A DNA stretch of 64,000 bases from Candidatus Bathyarchaeota archaeon (GTDB lineage Archaea; Thermoproteota; Bathyarchaeia; Bathyarchaeales; Bathycorpusculaceae): positions 1,152,001 through 1,216,000 of the forward strand of contig CAVZJV010000014.1 of NCBI GenBank assembly GCA_963775685.1, in the 5' to 3' direction. Below, one piece after another: positions 39,257-49,668 of the stretch (its first letter is position 1; every line of letters starts with the position of its first letter). The notes under the pieces were generated by a model that worked only from the letters and a program-made list of their open reading frames with translations, ran no database searches and had not been told where the DNA came from. The translations under genes and the position numbers were made by a program.

Positions 39257-39766
39257 TTACAATGTCAAAATCCGTAACTTGTAACCCTCCAGTTTCAACT
39301 TTTCAAAGATGCGTTTCTGATCAGCCTCATCTCTACACTCAATTATTATCTCATAGGTTCCAGGGATAGATACCGGAATCTCATGGTCATCCAAATCCTC
39401 AGGAATTTTCTCGCCGACGGATTCAAGGAGCGACTTCAAATCTTCTTTTTCGCCTTGTTCAATTATGCGCAGATATTCGGCGCTGTCCAACTCTTTGTTG
39501 TGTTTACCCCTTAGCTTGTTGAGCACCTGCCGCAGAAGCCGGCGATCAACATCTTTAACTGGCAAGCGAATGACGCTGCACTCAGTCATGCCAAGCTCCT
39601 TCATAGCGGTAACACGCTGCTGCCCATCTGCCACCAAAAGCTCACTGTTGGTGACGACGGGAACGATGTCCCCCCATCGCTTAATTGAAGCTTTCAAGCG
39701 GTCAAGCTGCGCCAAGCTCATCATGTTAGGATTGTCTTGGTCAAACTTGAGATCGCTGATTTTCAC
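39257..39766 (-). CDS. ParB/Srx N-terminal domain protein (virus-associated type)
   Basis: I.DLK....NPN.M, L..SI.RWG...PVV, VADGQQR..A..ELG. Confidence 0.8.
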   Translation of the reverse strand: MKISDLKFDQDNPNMMSLAQLDRLKASIKRWGDIVPVVTNSELLVADGQQRVTAMKELGMTECSVIRLPVKDVDRRLLRQVLNKLRGKHNKELDSAEYLRIIEQGEKEDLKSLLESVGEKIPEDLDDHEIPVSIPGTYEIIIECRDEADQKRIFEKLKLEGYKLRILTL

Positions 39767-39959
39767 TGCGCTCCGACATGGGAATCGGAATTTCTTTTCG
39801 ATTTTCGCTCGGTTTCACTTGCTCGGTCACTCATATTTTCAGATTCTCCGTAACGTTTTCTGTTGTCAGCAATTGGTTAATTTGGACATTTTGGGATATT
39901 TTCTTAAACCAGTCGCACTGGTTCCGCACACGTCGGACATTTTTCTTTAAGGTAACGTG

Positions 39960-40631
39960 CGTTACGTGCGTCAGTCTCCGCGTTTTCCGCTTGTTTCTTG
40001 CTGTTCTTCTAACTCTTCTTGCCTAGCTTGCTCGGGTGTCCTGTTAGCGATAAACTGTTGAATGTCCTCGGTTGTTTTGAAAACGTGATGTTGGTCACAG
40101 TAGCGTTGAAAACTCTCAGGAGTAAATAGGTCATGGTTCCAAGTTTGCATAAACGGGAGCTAAACGCCTTTCCTGTTCGCCTTCGCATAGTTCCCAATAG
40201 CCAGGCGTGTTAAAGACTGCTTCTTCCGCGTCAAATTGCTCTTTGAACTTGCGGGTTTCTTCTATAAGCCAATAAAACCGCGTGTAGAACACCCAATTAG
40301 CCATAGGGTCTTTATACGTTACAAAAGCATCCGTGAAGGTTTGGAAAATCTCCAGTATCCTAGCCATAAAGCGATGGTTGGCTGCGTCCACAATTGCTTG
40401 GTCGTCTGAAGATAACGGGATATAAGCGGTTTCTCCCCGTGATAATGGCTTGCCTGCATTTCTTCTGCGTGAGCATTGCAAGATTTGAGTTGCTCGTCTA
40501 TGTAATTCGTTTTCGGCTCGATCTAACTCTGTGTCTCCGTTTTCCCATGTTATTCTTGTTGTGCCTTCTTCGGGAAGTTCAGGTAACACATTTTTTTCTA
40601 ATTCATGCAGTTTCCTGCTTAGAATGTTCAT
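39960..40631 (-). pseudogene. Element hypothetical protein, frameshifted (paralog of 24350-25060 N-terminus)
   Basis: ORF 40131-40631 continues past a frame break near 40140 (WNHDLFTPESFQRYC...); a short off-frame patch versus copy 1; end approximate. Confidence 0.62.
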
Positions 40632-41113
40632 TTCTTCTTATCCTCCGGTTTCGGTATTAATATGCTGTTCTTGAGCTTCTCCTCTAACGTTAACACCCGA
40701 AGCTCCAACTCCTCATCCTTTAGCAAGGGACCGTAGGCTGAGACTGCTGAAACTAAAACTCTTGCCCAACCCTGCTTAGCTCGGTCACTGTTTCCGCCTG
40801 TATGAATTTTTTTGTGGGACAGGCTTAATACACCGTCTAAAACGCGAAATAACGTGTTTCTGCGATCCTTTGTTGAGCGGTTTGATGTTGGTTTCTTCGC
40901 AGCTTCAGCCATAGCTCACACCTTCTTCTCTCCCTCGTGCTCTTTGCTTACGCTTCGCAAGCCGCCAATACTCACGCAACTCAGCCGAATGCTTAAAGCT
41001 CTTGCAATTGTCCATGACAAATGCTGGTTCAGTTGAACCATTTAAAAACAGAATAATAATTGTAAGAATGCCAAGTCAGAAGTTAGAAGAGAGGGCAAGT
41101 TACAGCAGAAAAA
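40250..41113. repeat. Diverged direct repeat copy 2
   Basis: Aligns to 24682-25548. Confidence 0.88.
40628..40912 (-). CDS. Element-encoded hypothetical protein (paralog of 25057-25341)
   Basis: 94-aa near-identical paralog. Confidence 0.75.
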   Translation of the reverse strand: MAEAAKKPTSNRSTKDRRNTLFRVLDGVLSLSHKKIHTGGNSDRAKQGWARVLVSAVSAYGPLLKDEELELRVLTLEEKLKNSILIPKPEDKKK

Positions 41114-41284
41114 CAGTAGAGTCTTTTTCCTTAGCGCGCTTACCGCTTTTTCCAGAGCTGCCTACACGAAATAGCCCTATCTTAAAAAAGCCCTTATAAG
41201 AATTAACATATAACATAGGTACGAATCCATCGAACCCGCCAATCTACGGTTTTCCCGCCTCTTTATATCAAACAATCGTTTTAA

Positions 41285-42275
41285 TTGAGTATTGAGAACC
41301 CAAAGTCTGTATGCTTCTCAACAGCAGAATTGAAGCTGAGGATGGTGTTTGGCATGATAGAGACTGAGAACCTTACCAGAAAGTTCGGGAACCTAACTGC
41401 GGTCAACAATCTAACCCTTCGCGTAGACGAGGGTGAAGTCTTCGGTTTACTTGGACCCAACGGGGCAGGAAAAACCACCACGGTGAGAATGTTCTGCTGC
41501 CTGATATCTAAGACAAGCGGCACTGCCAAGGTTGGCGGTTACGAGGTCGGCAGTGAAGAAAATGCCCGGAAGATTAGAAAAATCATCGGGCTCGTCCCAG
41601 ACAACGTAGGGCTCTACGAATCGCTCACTGCCTACGAAAACCTGGACTACTACGGAACACTTTACAGGCGAACTGACACCCAGCGCAAAGAAAGCAATGA
41701 GTACTTCCTGAAGCTGCTTGGGCTTTGGGAGAAAAGAGACGTTCTTGCGGGAGCATTCTCCAAGGGAATGAAACAGAAGCTCGCTATAGCCCGCGCTAGT
41801 CCACGACCCCCAGATAATTTTCATGGATGAGCCGACTGCAAACCTCGATCCCGAATCCGCTAAAAAAGTGAGGGAATTCATTCTCTCCCTGAAGAAGGAA
41901 AAGAAAACCATCTTCCTCAATACGCACAACCTCGATGAAGCCCAGAGAATCTGTAATAGAATCGGTATCTTAAATACCCGCCTGATGGCAGTGGGCTCCC
42001 CTCAAGAACTCGAACAATCCATCCATGGAAGGAAGACGGTGATCCAGCTCAGACAAGTGAACGAAGCGATTCTGGATTCCCTCAACCGACTCAAAATAAA
42101 GAACTTGGTTCGGGAAGGTAACAAGTTAACTGTCGATGTCGCCAATCCCCAAGAGGAGAACCCAGAAATGATAAATGCAATTGTTAAGGCTGAAGGACGC
42201 ATCGAGACGGTAACAGTGACTAGCAGTTCGCTGGAAGACACGTACTTGAAACTAGTAAAGGAGAACCCCCAATGA
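41285..42275 (+). pseudogene. ABC-2 type exporter ATPase, single frameshift near 41797
   Basis: GPNGAGKTT, FSKGMKQK, then ARA|LVHDPQIIFMDEPT across frames; likely start near 41341-41354. Confidence 0.88.
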
Positions 42276-43003
42276 CCGCTTGGTTACCATGGAAGATAGC
42301 ACAGAAAGAACTCAAAGTAATCAGACGAAAGAAAAGCATTATCTTCTATACTGTTGGGCTTCCCCTCCTAATCGCAATTGTTTTCTCACTTGTCCTTAAG
42401 AGCCAAACAGCCAACGGAATTCCTAATACAATCGCACTAGGCGCTGACTCAATCGTTTACCTCTTCGTTATTTTAGCAACAGTCCTTCCCAGCACGATTG
42501 CAGCATACAGCATAGTGGGGGAAAAAGTCGAAAAGACATTGGAACCGTTGCTGGCGACTCCGACGACTGATGGCGAGATTCTGCTGGGAAAAAGCATCGC
42601 CGCCTTCATACCGCCTATTCTGTCCACATGGACAGGGGCATCAATCTTCATGGCAGCAACGGACTATTTCTTGCACAATCCAGGGTTAGGCTACTACTAT
42701 TTTCCCAACTGGAACGCCGGCGTTATGCTGTTGCTTCTGGCGCCGCTTGCAGCGGTTCTTAGTATTGAAGTAGCAGTGATTGCATCCGCGCGGGTAAGCG
42801 ATGTTCGGGGTGCAAACCAGATTGCAGGTCTCATGTTTATTCCGTTTGTCGCTGTCTTCTTTGTGGGAGTCGAAGGGATTTTCTCATTCAGTATCGGTAA
42901 CCTATTGATCTTCGCCGCCGTTGTTTTGATCGCTGACATAATTCTGTTCTTCTTAAGTAAATCTACATTCAAGCGAGAAGAGATACTAACAAAATGGAAG
43001 TAG
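42272..43003 (+). CDS. ABC-2 type exporter permease
   Basis: KELK, SIVGEK.EKTLEPLLATP..D.EILLGK, about six TMs, FKRE.IL. Confidence 0.9.
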   Translation: MTAWLPWKIAQKELKVIRRKKSIIFYTVGLPLLIAIVFSLVLKSQTANGIPNTIALGADSIVYLFVILATVLPSTIAAYSIVGEKVEKTLEPLLATPTTDGEILLGKSIAAFIPPILSTWTGASIFMAATDYFLHNPGLGYYYFPNWNAGVMLLLLAPLAAVLSIEVAVIASARVSDVRGANQIAGLMFIPFVAVFFVGVEGIFSFSIGNLLIFAAVVLIADIILFFLSKSTFKREEILTKWK

Positions 43004-43031
43004 CAAAGTTAGAGAAGGGAGGTTCAAAAAA

Positions 43032-43235
43032 ATGACAAAAGTAAAGTTTGAAATAGGCGAGACTGAAAAACATACCATTATTCTTAATGTGAACCCTCTT
43101 CTAAAATACACCGCCATAGAAATGGATGGCAAAAAAATCATTAATGAATCACACTTTTTGTCATTGCCAAAAAAGTTCCAGGTTGAAGTAATAAACACCG
43201 AAAAAAATTACGCTAGGCTAAATGGAAGTATTTAG
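43032..43235 (+). CDS. Hypothetical protein, possibly truncated
   Basis: GGAGG upstream; FEIGE.EKH motif; 67 aa. Confidence 0.45.
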   Translation: MTKVKFEIGETEKHTIILNVNPLLKYTAIEMDGKKIINESHFLSLPKKFQVEVINTEKNYARLNGSI

Positions 43236-43520
43236 ACTTAGACACTAAAAATAGAGGTGAGAGTAACGACTGAAGTAACAGCTGTGATAATTATCGTTGT
43301 AACCATTGCTATGATAGTAATAGGTTATTTTCTTATAGGACCACCTGGTAACCGCAGATGGAATAAGAGAAAAAATTAATACTGAACCGTTCTCGTCTAC
43401 CCAAGTCACTGCAGATGGCAAAACTGTAGATGGCAAACACACTCAAAAAGCCTGAAAGTGCATCGCTAGCCCAAAAGGTTGAAATTTAGCCAACTAACCG
43501 GTAATCTTTTCCGCTGAACG

Positions 43521-43673
43521 CTATTGGGAAAAAGCAGCGCGCACTTTAGCGCCGAACAACAAACAAAACGGCTTCTCCTCAGCTGCAAACGGCAAACTAT
43601 ACCGCAGGGCATCGGTCGCATGATCATTTTCCTTGACGTCTTCTCGATACTCCAACAACTCAATGATAAGGTT
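43521..43673 (-). pseudogene. Terminase large subunit C-terminal remnant
   Basis: Unannotated frame reads NLIIELLEYREDVKENDHATDALRYSL, matching the LI.EL..Y...K.NDH..DALRY end of TerL nuclease domains. Confidence 0.68.
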
Positions 43674-43720
43674 ATAAGGTAAGAAAAATGATTTGCAAGA
43701 ATACCTGAAGCTAACCTTGA

Positions 43721-43933
43721 CTATTGGTTTTTTGAATCATTAACCGCTTTTTCTAAATCAACTAAGTCTAAGAGAATACGGTTAGTTATAGAGTTAAACT
43801 TCTCAGGATGACGCTTCTTAAACTGAGTAAATCGATAACGGTAACGCATAAGGCTGTTCCAGCTTTTCTTTTCTGTTGTGCTGCCATCGACAAGTAAGCT
43901 TGGAAGCTTACGCTTAACCCTATCAGCATTCAA
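43721..43933 (-). CDS. Hypothetical protein
   Basis: GGAGG upstream of TTG; 70 aa. Confidence 0.5.
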   Translation of the reverse strand: MNADRVKRKLPSLLVDGSTTEKKSWNSLMRYRYRFTQFKKRHPEKFNSITNRILLDLVDLEKAVNDSKNQ

Positions 43934-44014
43934 GAAAGAAAAACCTCCTTAATAGTCATGACAGGTGGAAGAGAAAAAAGGGGAAAGTATAGTAAAAATA
44001 CTTGTCTGGAGGGG

Positions 44015-44035
44015 CAAATCCTGCCCGTAGCACCA
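44015..44035 (+). repeat. attR (duplicated tRNA-Leu 3' end)
   Basis: CAAATCCTGCCCGTAGCACCA identical to 24173-24193. Confidence 0.9.
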
Positions 44036-44102
44036 CTAATCTCAAGATTTTTAGGGAAATTTTAATACAGCCCATCGTTTGTAAATTGTAATCTTTAATT
44101 GG

Positions 44103-44348
44103 GTGGCTTGGTTGATTATAACAGTTTTCACGTACGAGGAAAAGATAAGACTCAGGGGCATATCTTCGGAACTCAGGGAAATCCGCAAGCTCATCGATGA
44201 ACTCGCTGAAAAATCGGTAATACTAAGTGACAAAGAATTGATGAAAAGTTTCGATGCAAGCCAAATAGACCTTAAAGAAAACGAAGTTCTCAGATGCAGA
44301 GAAAAGCTGCAAGAAAAAGTAGACAACGCTGAAAAAGAACTCAGTTGA
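44103..44348 (+). CDS. Small helical protein, antitoxin-like
   Basis: E...ILSDKELMKS...S..D..E resembles archaeal antitoxin tails; weak. Confidence 0.4.
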   Translation: MAWLIITVFTYEEKIRLRGISSELREIRKLIDELAEKSVILSDKELMKSFDASQIDLKENEVLRCREKLQEKVDNAEKELS

Positions 44349-44428
44349 GTTCAATGAATTTAAAAGAGATGCGAAAAGCAAATAGGTTGCAGTGACCACC
44401 ATAGTTATTTTAATGGAGTTCTTATAAC

Positions 44429-44644
44429 ATGACTTGTTGGAAATGGTTTGGAACCCTTTTGAAAGAGGCGGGAGTAGAACTAAACGCCAGCAACAAAGAA
44501 AAAATTGATGATATTATACACAAGTACATAAGCGAGCAATCAAGCTATGGACGTTGCTCTGGAGACTGGAAAAAAGCCCGAAAGGAAATTGTAGCCGACG
44601 AAAAAATGAAACAAGAACTAATAGGACAACTCAAAACTCTATAG
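44429..44644 (+). CDS. Hypothetical protein
   Basis: 71-aa ORF with ATG and a T-rich tract downstream. Confidence 0.6.
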   Translation: MTCWKWFGTLLKEAGVELNASNKEKIDDIIHKYISEQSSYGRCSGDWKKARKEIVADEKMKQELIGQLKTL

Positions 44645-44963
44645 TAACATTTTTCCTTTGTTTGCTTTACGGAAAACGAATCGCCTCAAAGGTCCTAAGG
44701 CAATCTATGCTTATTATTTAAAAGAATAAGAATTGCTTTATGTTGATTCACCCTGAAAGTTGATTAAAATTGCAAGAAAATAAGAAAACAAAGTGACTTT
44801 CTGAACGATAATATGAAACTATCCATAACACCATTCAAACACCGAGTTGCCACAGGAACAGTTAATACCCAGTTAGCGTTTCCAAATGTTAGACGAAAAA
44901 GCGGTTTCTGTAAGTTAACATAAATTCGCATTTTTAGTTGAACCATTTCAAGGAGGATAAATA

Positions 44964-45161
44964 ATGAAAAAAATATCTACGATCAAGTTTACATGTCCAG
45001 TATGCCACGTAAGCTTCGAGTTCGACTCCGTGGGAGCATATGAGTTTGTTCCCTGTCCAGTCTGCGGAACCGACTACGTGACAATAAAAAAAGGCAACAA
45101 AATAAAGCTGCAAGCTTTCGATCTAGACCAAATGCGTGAAGCACCATTAATTATGGCTTAA
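44964..45161 (+). CDS. Zinc-ribbon microprotein
   Basis: Two CPVC knuckles; GGAGG upstream. Confidence 0.75.
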   Translation: MKKISTIKFTCPVCHVSFEFDSVGAYEFVPCPVCGTDYVTIKKGNKIKLQAFDLDQMREAPLIMA

Positions 45162-45231
45162 TTAAAAGCTTATTAAACACTATTCCAGGGGAGCAACAAT
45201 AATGCAAAATAACCCCAAACAAAATAGCTAA

Positions 45232-47019
45232 TTGAAGGTAAATCAAATGAGCACAACATGGAATCTAACAGAACTTTTCTCAGATATAAAGGACCCCAAG
45301 ATCAACCAAGCAATAGCAGAATCCACATCAGCCGCGGACTCCTTTGAGAAAGCTTACCGAGACAAAATAACCCAGCTCTCAGCAGATGGTTTGCTCAGGT
45401 GTATTAAGGATATTGAGTTGTTTGAAGCAAAATTCAGCGACTTAACCTTGTTCTCAAGCCTTTCTTTTTCTGCAGATATGGCGTATCCTCAAACGCAAGC
45501 GCTAAATGATAGAGTTGATAAGCTCTCAGCAAGCATCGGAAAACAATTAGCATTTTATTCTTTGGAACTTGGAAAACTGGTGAAAGCAAAGCCGGAACTC
45601 ATACAAGAGCCTTCTTTAGCTAATTACAGGCACATGCTCGAACGCGTTCAGCGCCGCGTGAAACACCAATTATCCGAGGTAGAAGAGCAACTAATCATAG
45701 AGAAAGACCAGTTTGGCGTAAACGCTTGGGAAGAGTTGCAAAGCAAATGGCTAAACACCCGCCTCTTCGAAATAAGCGTTTTAGGCGAAAAGAAGACACT
45801 CAGCTATGGCGAAGCGAATGGTTTGCTGCCTCATCCTGACAGCACAACAAGAGAATCCGCTTACAAGTCCATCTATGGGTTGTTGGGAAAAGATGGCGAA
45901 GTCTTCTCCGCGGCGCTACGCAGCATCTGCAACGATTGGGTCACAATCTCAAAACGCAGAAAATACGCAACTCCCATGGAATCCAGCTTAATCAACAACG
46001 ACATCCAGGGGGAAATAATCGGCAACTTGCTCAAAACAATAGAGGAAGGCTCGGGTACTTATCGACGTTATCTTAAGGTGAAAGCCAAATTGATGGGCTT
46101 ACCGGAACTGAGCAACCACGACATTATTGCACCCTTGCCCGATGCACCAGAACTGAAATTCAGCTTCCAGCAAGCGCAAGACCTAGTTACTCAAGCCTAC
46201 AGCCGCTTCGACCCAACCTATGCCTCGGCAGTAAAAGATATGTTTCAAAAACACCACATAGACGCCTCTCCGAGGTTTGGCAAACGCAATGGTGCCTTTT
46301 GTGCAAGCTACTTCAACGGCAAATCCGCGTACATCTTGCAGAGCTTCAACGGCACATTAACTGATGTTTTCACGTTGGCACATGAACTGGGGCACGCGAC
46401 CCACGACTGGTATGCATCAAGAAGCCAAACCCTGCTAAACATGCACATTCCTTCATCTGTGGCGGAGACGGCTTCGATTTTTGGCGAGTTACTGGTGACA
46501 GATTTGCTTTTGGATGAGGCGAAATCTGACGCAGAACGGAGATCATTGCTTTGTATGGTTTTGGATGAGGCGGGCATAACTACTTTCCAAGTTACTGCAC
46601 GGGCGTGGTTTGAGCAGGCACTCTACGCTTCAATAGATAAGGGCGAATATTTGGATTATCTGACAATTTGCAGTCATTGGACTAAAGCGCGGGACCATAT
46701 CTTTGGCGATGCTGTCACCTGGTTCCCCGAAATGCAAGCGGAATGGACAATGAAACCCCATTATTTTATGGCAAACTACCGCTTCTACAACTACCCCTAC
46801 GTCTACGCACAAATGTTTGTCTACGCCCTCTATACAAGCTACCTTCAGGAGGGCAAGGAGTTTGTACCCAAGTTGGTTGAGATGCTATCTGCAGGTGGTA
46901 GCAGGTCACCACTAGAAATCGGCGAAATTGTGGGCTTAAACGTTACAAAACCCAACTTTTGGAAGAGCGGTTTAAAGGTGTTTGAACACTTCATTGGCGA
47001 TTTAGAAAAAATCATTTAA
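45232..47019 (+). CDS. pepF: Oligoendopeptidase F (M3B)
   Basis: W.L..LF, GKRNGAFC, TLAHELGHA.H, AETASIFGE, HYF...FYNYPY; likely start ATG 45247. Confidence 0.93.
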   Translation: MKVNQMSTTWNLTELFSDIKDPKINQAIAESTSAADSFEKAYRDKITQLSADGLLRCIKDIELFEAKFSDLTLFSSLSFSADMAYPQTQALNDRVDKLSASIGKQLAFYSLELGKLVKAKPELIQEPSLANYRHMLERVQRRVKHQLSEVEEQLIIEKDQFGVNAWEELQSKWLNTRLFEISVLGEKKTLSYGEANGLLPHPDSTTRESAYKSIYGLLGKDGEVFSAALRSICNDWVTISKRRKYATPMESSLINNDIQGEIIGNLLKTIEEGSGTYRRYLKVKAKLMGLPELSNHDIIAPLPDAPELKFSFQQAQDLVTQAYSRFDPTYASAVKDMFQKHHIDASPRFGKRNGAFCASYFNGKSAYILQSFNGTLTDVFTLAHELGHATHDWYASRSQTLLNMHIPSSVAETASIFGELLVTDLLLDEAKSDAERRSLLCMVLDEAGITTFQVTARAWFEQALYASIDKGEYLDYLTICSHWTKARDHIFGDAVTWFPEMQAEWTMKPHYFMANYRFYNYPYVYAQMFVYALYTSYLQEGKEFVPKLVEMLSAGGSRSPLEIGEIVGLNVTKPNFWKSGLKVFEHFIGDLEKII

Positions 47020-47302
47020 ACCAACTCATTTTTCAAAAATAAAAAAATACTTTAATAAATTTTTATTCTTTAGCAGATGAGTTTCCAACCATTTGATAAA
47101 CCATTTAAAACTGCCACATTCAGCGTTAGAAGGGCAGAATAAACACGGAAATTCTTCTCCAGCTAAATTGATTACCTCGAGAATTTTCTGCCGATTTATC
47201 ATCGGTTATTCTTTTTATTTGGTTCTCAAATTCACCTCACAACAACTGATCTTCTTTTGATGTTTTCTGTTCGAATAGTTTTTATCAATTTGGATTAACT
47301 AA

Positions 47303-48106
47303 CTAGAACCCTAAGAACGCCAAAATTATCAAAATAACTCCGAGAGCAAACGTGTAGACAGCAAAGAAATGGAATCTTTTGTTTAACACCAGCTGCTTCA
47401 CCAACACTATTGCAAAGTAGCCTGTAGCAACCGTAATCACTAAACCTACCGCAAGATTAAGCGGGCTAATTCCTACGCCTTCAGAAACCAAGGTTCCCCC
47501 CTGCAAGTACGCTTCAACGCCTAAGTCGCCCACTATTGCCGGGATAGAAAGCAGAAAAGAAAATTTGAAAACCATCTCTCGCTTGACATCCTGCAAAAGT
47601 CCTGTTGAAATTGTTGAACCACTTCTAGAAAGCCCTGGAAAAATCGCAGCGCCTTGAGCAACACCCATAACCAGTGCCCGTCTATAGGAGATTTGAGTTT
47701 GATTTCCCTTTCCGTATTTGGAGAAAAACAGCAGGATAGCGCCGAAAAGGAAAGTTAAACCGATAATTAGAATTGTCTGGTACGTGTCGGCTAGAAACTT
47801 GTCATAGAGTAGTCCTATTATCCCAGTGGGGATGGTTGCTACAATAATAAGGGGGATAAATCTGCCATACTCAGAATGGAAATCCCGATGTACCAAAGCG
47901 GTTAGAATAATTTTGATGTCGTGCCTGAAGTAGAAAACGACCACCCCGAGTGTGCCTATGTGTAAAAACACATTGAAGAGGGGTGTGGCCTGAAAACCCA
48001 AGAAATGCTCTGTAATTCTCAGATGAGCAGTGCTGGAGATGGGCAGCCACTCGGACAATCCTTGAATTAAACCGAGGATTATTGTGGTGAGGAATTGGTC
48101 AAGCAA
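47303..48106 (-). CDS. uppP: Undecaprenyl-diphosphate phosphatase (BacA/UppP family)
   Basis: QGLSEWLPISSTAH, PGLSRSGSTI, FSFLLSIPA. Confidence 0.93.
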   Translation of the reverse strand: MLDQFLTTIILGLIQGLSEWLPISSTAHLRITEHFLGFQATPLFNVFLHIGTLGVVVFYFRHDIKIILTALVHRDFHSEYGRFIPLIIVATIPTGIIGLLYDKFLADTYQTILIIGLTFLFGAILLFFSKYGKGNQTQISYRRALVMGVAQGAAIFPGLSRSGSTISTGLLQDVKREMVFKFSFLLSIPAIVGDLGVEAYLQGGTLVSEGVGISPLNLAVGLVITVATGYFAIVLVKQLVLNKRFHFFAVYTFALGVILIILAFLGF

Positions 48107-48408
48107 ACGATAGGCACCTTGTAAACAGGATAGTTTATGGAAGTGTTAAAAGGTTATTATTGATAGGTTTTATAGAAAAATGCGCACAGCCAAAAAATGA
48201 TGGATAATATTTTAAGAGCACAAAGATTTTGTTTAATTTGTTCTATTTTTTTGGCATTCCCATGTGAAAACGCTGATGTCGCTGTATCGAAAGTTTATAG
48301 TGTTACCATAAACAAGTATGAGAATTACTTGGAAATGCTGGCTAAATGGAGCTCCGTTTGGTTTTAAAGCTTTTCTTTAGCCAATCCATTGTAGGGGTGT
48401 GAAATACG

Positions 48409-48744
48409 TTGGAGAGAGCAAGACAGACAACGCAGGCTGTTCATGAACTAATCGAAACCTATAATGAGGTTCACAGGGCAATGAAAACTACGACAAAAAT
48501 GACAGCCAAAACAAAGAAGCTTTGGCGTGAAGGCAACAAATCTAACCTTATAAAAATCGGGGTAGCTTGCATTATGTTTCCTGACCCCTCACCCGTTGGC
48601 GAAATAATTGGTGCAGGCTTCTTGGTAGCAGGAGCTGTACAAATGGGGATTCAGAACAGAGCAGTCTACGTTGGCGACATCAACAAGAACCTTCAAAGCA
48701 CGATCAAAGAACTAAACACAATGCAATGCAACTTGAAAACTTGA
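48409..48744 (+). CDS. Hypothetical membrane-associated protein
   Basis: Hydrophobic hairpin around FPDPSP. Confidence 0.6.
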   Translation: MERARQTTQAVHELIETYNEVHRAMKTTTKMTAKTKKLWREGNKSNLIKIGVACIMFPDPSPVGEIIGAGFLVAGAVQMGIQNRAVYVGDINKNLQSTIKELNTMQCNLKT

Positions 48745-49173
48745 AGCTTTAAAAAAAGACTATTAAAAGTCATTCTCAGTTAAGTCTTTTAAATAATCCC
48801 TTGCTGAAGTAAATTTTGGTCCCAAAGAGGAGGACAGTATTGGGTTTCATAAAACCATTTGAAAATTTAGGCGAGGGTTTGTTGGTTTAGCACCGTCACA
48901 AAACTTAAGAATAGTATGCTAACTAGAAAACTTGTTTCTAAAAAGATATCCGAGAGGTAGATTTGTTAGAACCTTAAAGGGCTAACAAGCTCTGAACCAA
49001 AAAAGAATACCAGCCACAAATACCTGAGCCCAACCTAAAATCAAGAGTACGACATCAATGAGGATTATGAAGCTCATTGCTCCGAGAACCATCCTGGTTA
49101 AATGTAATTGGTTAAGTTAGTTAATTTGTGTTTTTAAGAATCCAGTTGAACGGGCTTAAAATTCGCCCTTATT

Positions 49174-49665
49174 TTACTCTTTTTCCTGGAAGAGTTTCTT
49201 GATTGCGCCAATTCTTGCTTTCTGCGCCAACACATCGCTTGTAACTACAGTTATGGCTTCTTCAGGACACCATTTGACACATTGAGGTCCCTCGGGTTTG
49301 TCCTTGCACATATCACAAACATAGACGACTTTGGTTTCTGGATGCAACATTATGGCCCCATAGTCGCAGGCTTCGATGCACCACCCGCAGCCGTTGCATT
49401 TGTCTTTGTCTAATTCGATGTTGCCTGTGTCTTTTGATTGCTTTAGTGCGTCTCTGGGGCATGCTGCAACGCAAGCTGGCTCTTCGCAGAGGCGGCACGT
49501 AACGGCCATATTAGCTAGCTGATTAACTCTAACTACGCGGATGCGTGACTTGAGCGGGTTGAAGGCTTTTTCTTTGGTAAATGAGCAAGCGTACTCGCAT
49601 ATTTGGCAGCCGACACATTTTTCAGGGTCGGTGGAAACGAATTTTCTTTCATGAATGTTGACCAT
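49174..49665 (-). CDS. 4Fe-4S dicluster protein (AOR partner)
   Basis: Four Cys clusters, DmsB/HycB-like; directly downstream of AOR. Confidence 0.92.
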   Translation of the reverse strand: MVNIHERKFVSTDPEKCVGCQICEYACSFTKEKAFNPLKSRIRVVRVNQLANMAVTCRLCEEPACVAACPRDALKQSKDTGNIELDKDKCNGCGWCIEACDYGAIMLHPETKVVYVCDMCKDKPEGPQCVKWCPEEAITVVTSDVLAQKARIGAIKKLFQEKE

Positions 49666-49668
49666 TGT

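Larger units (their letters stand above)
24173..44035. mobile_element. Integrated element / degraded provirus at tRNA-Leu(CAA)
   Basis: Identical 21-bp CAAATCCTGCCCGTAGCACCA at both ends; tyrosine integrase remnants, terminase C-terminal remnant, ParB-like gene, accessory cargo. Confidence 0.88.

Noticed and set aside
45232-47019. PepF as the leader peptidase of the RiPP cluster
   Set aside because: Outside attR in core context; a widespread housekeeping peptidase
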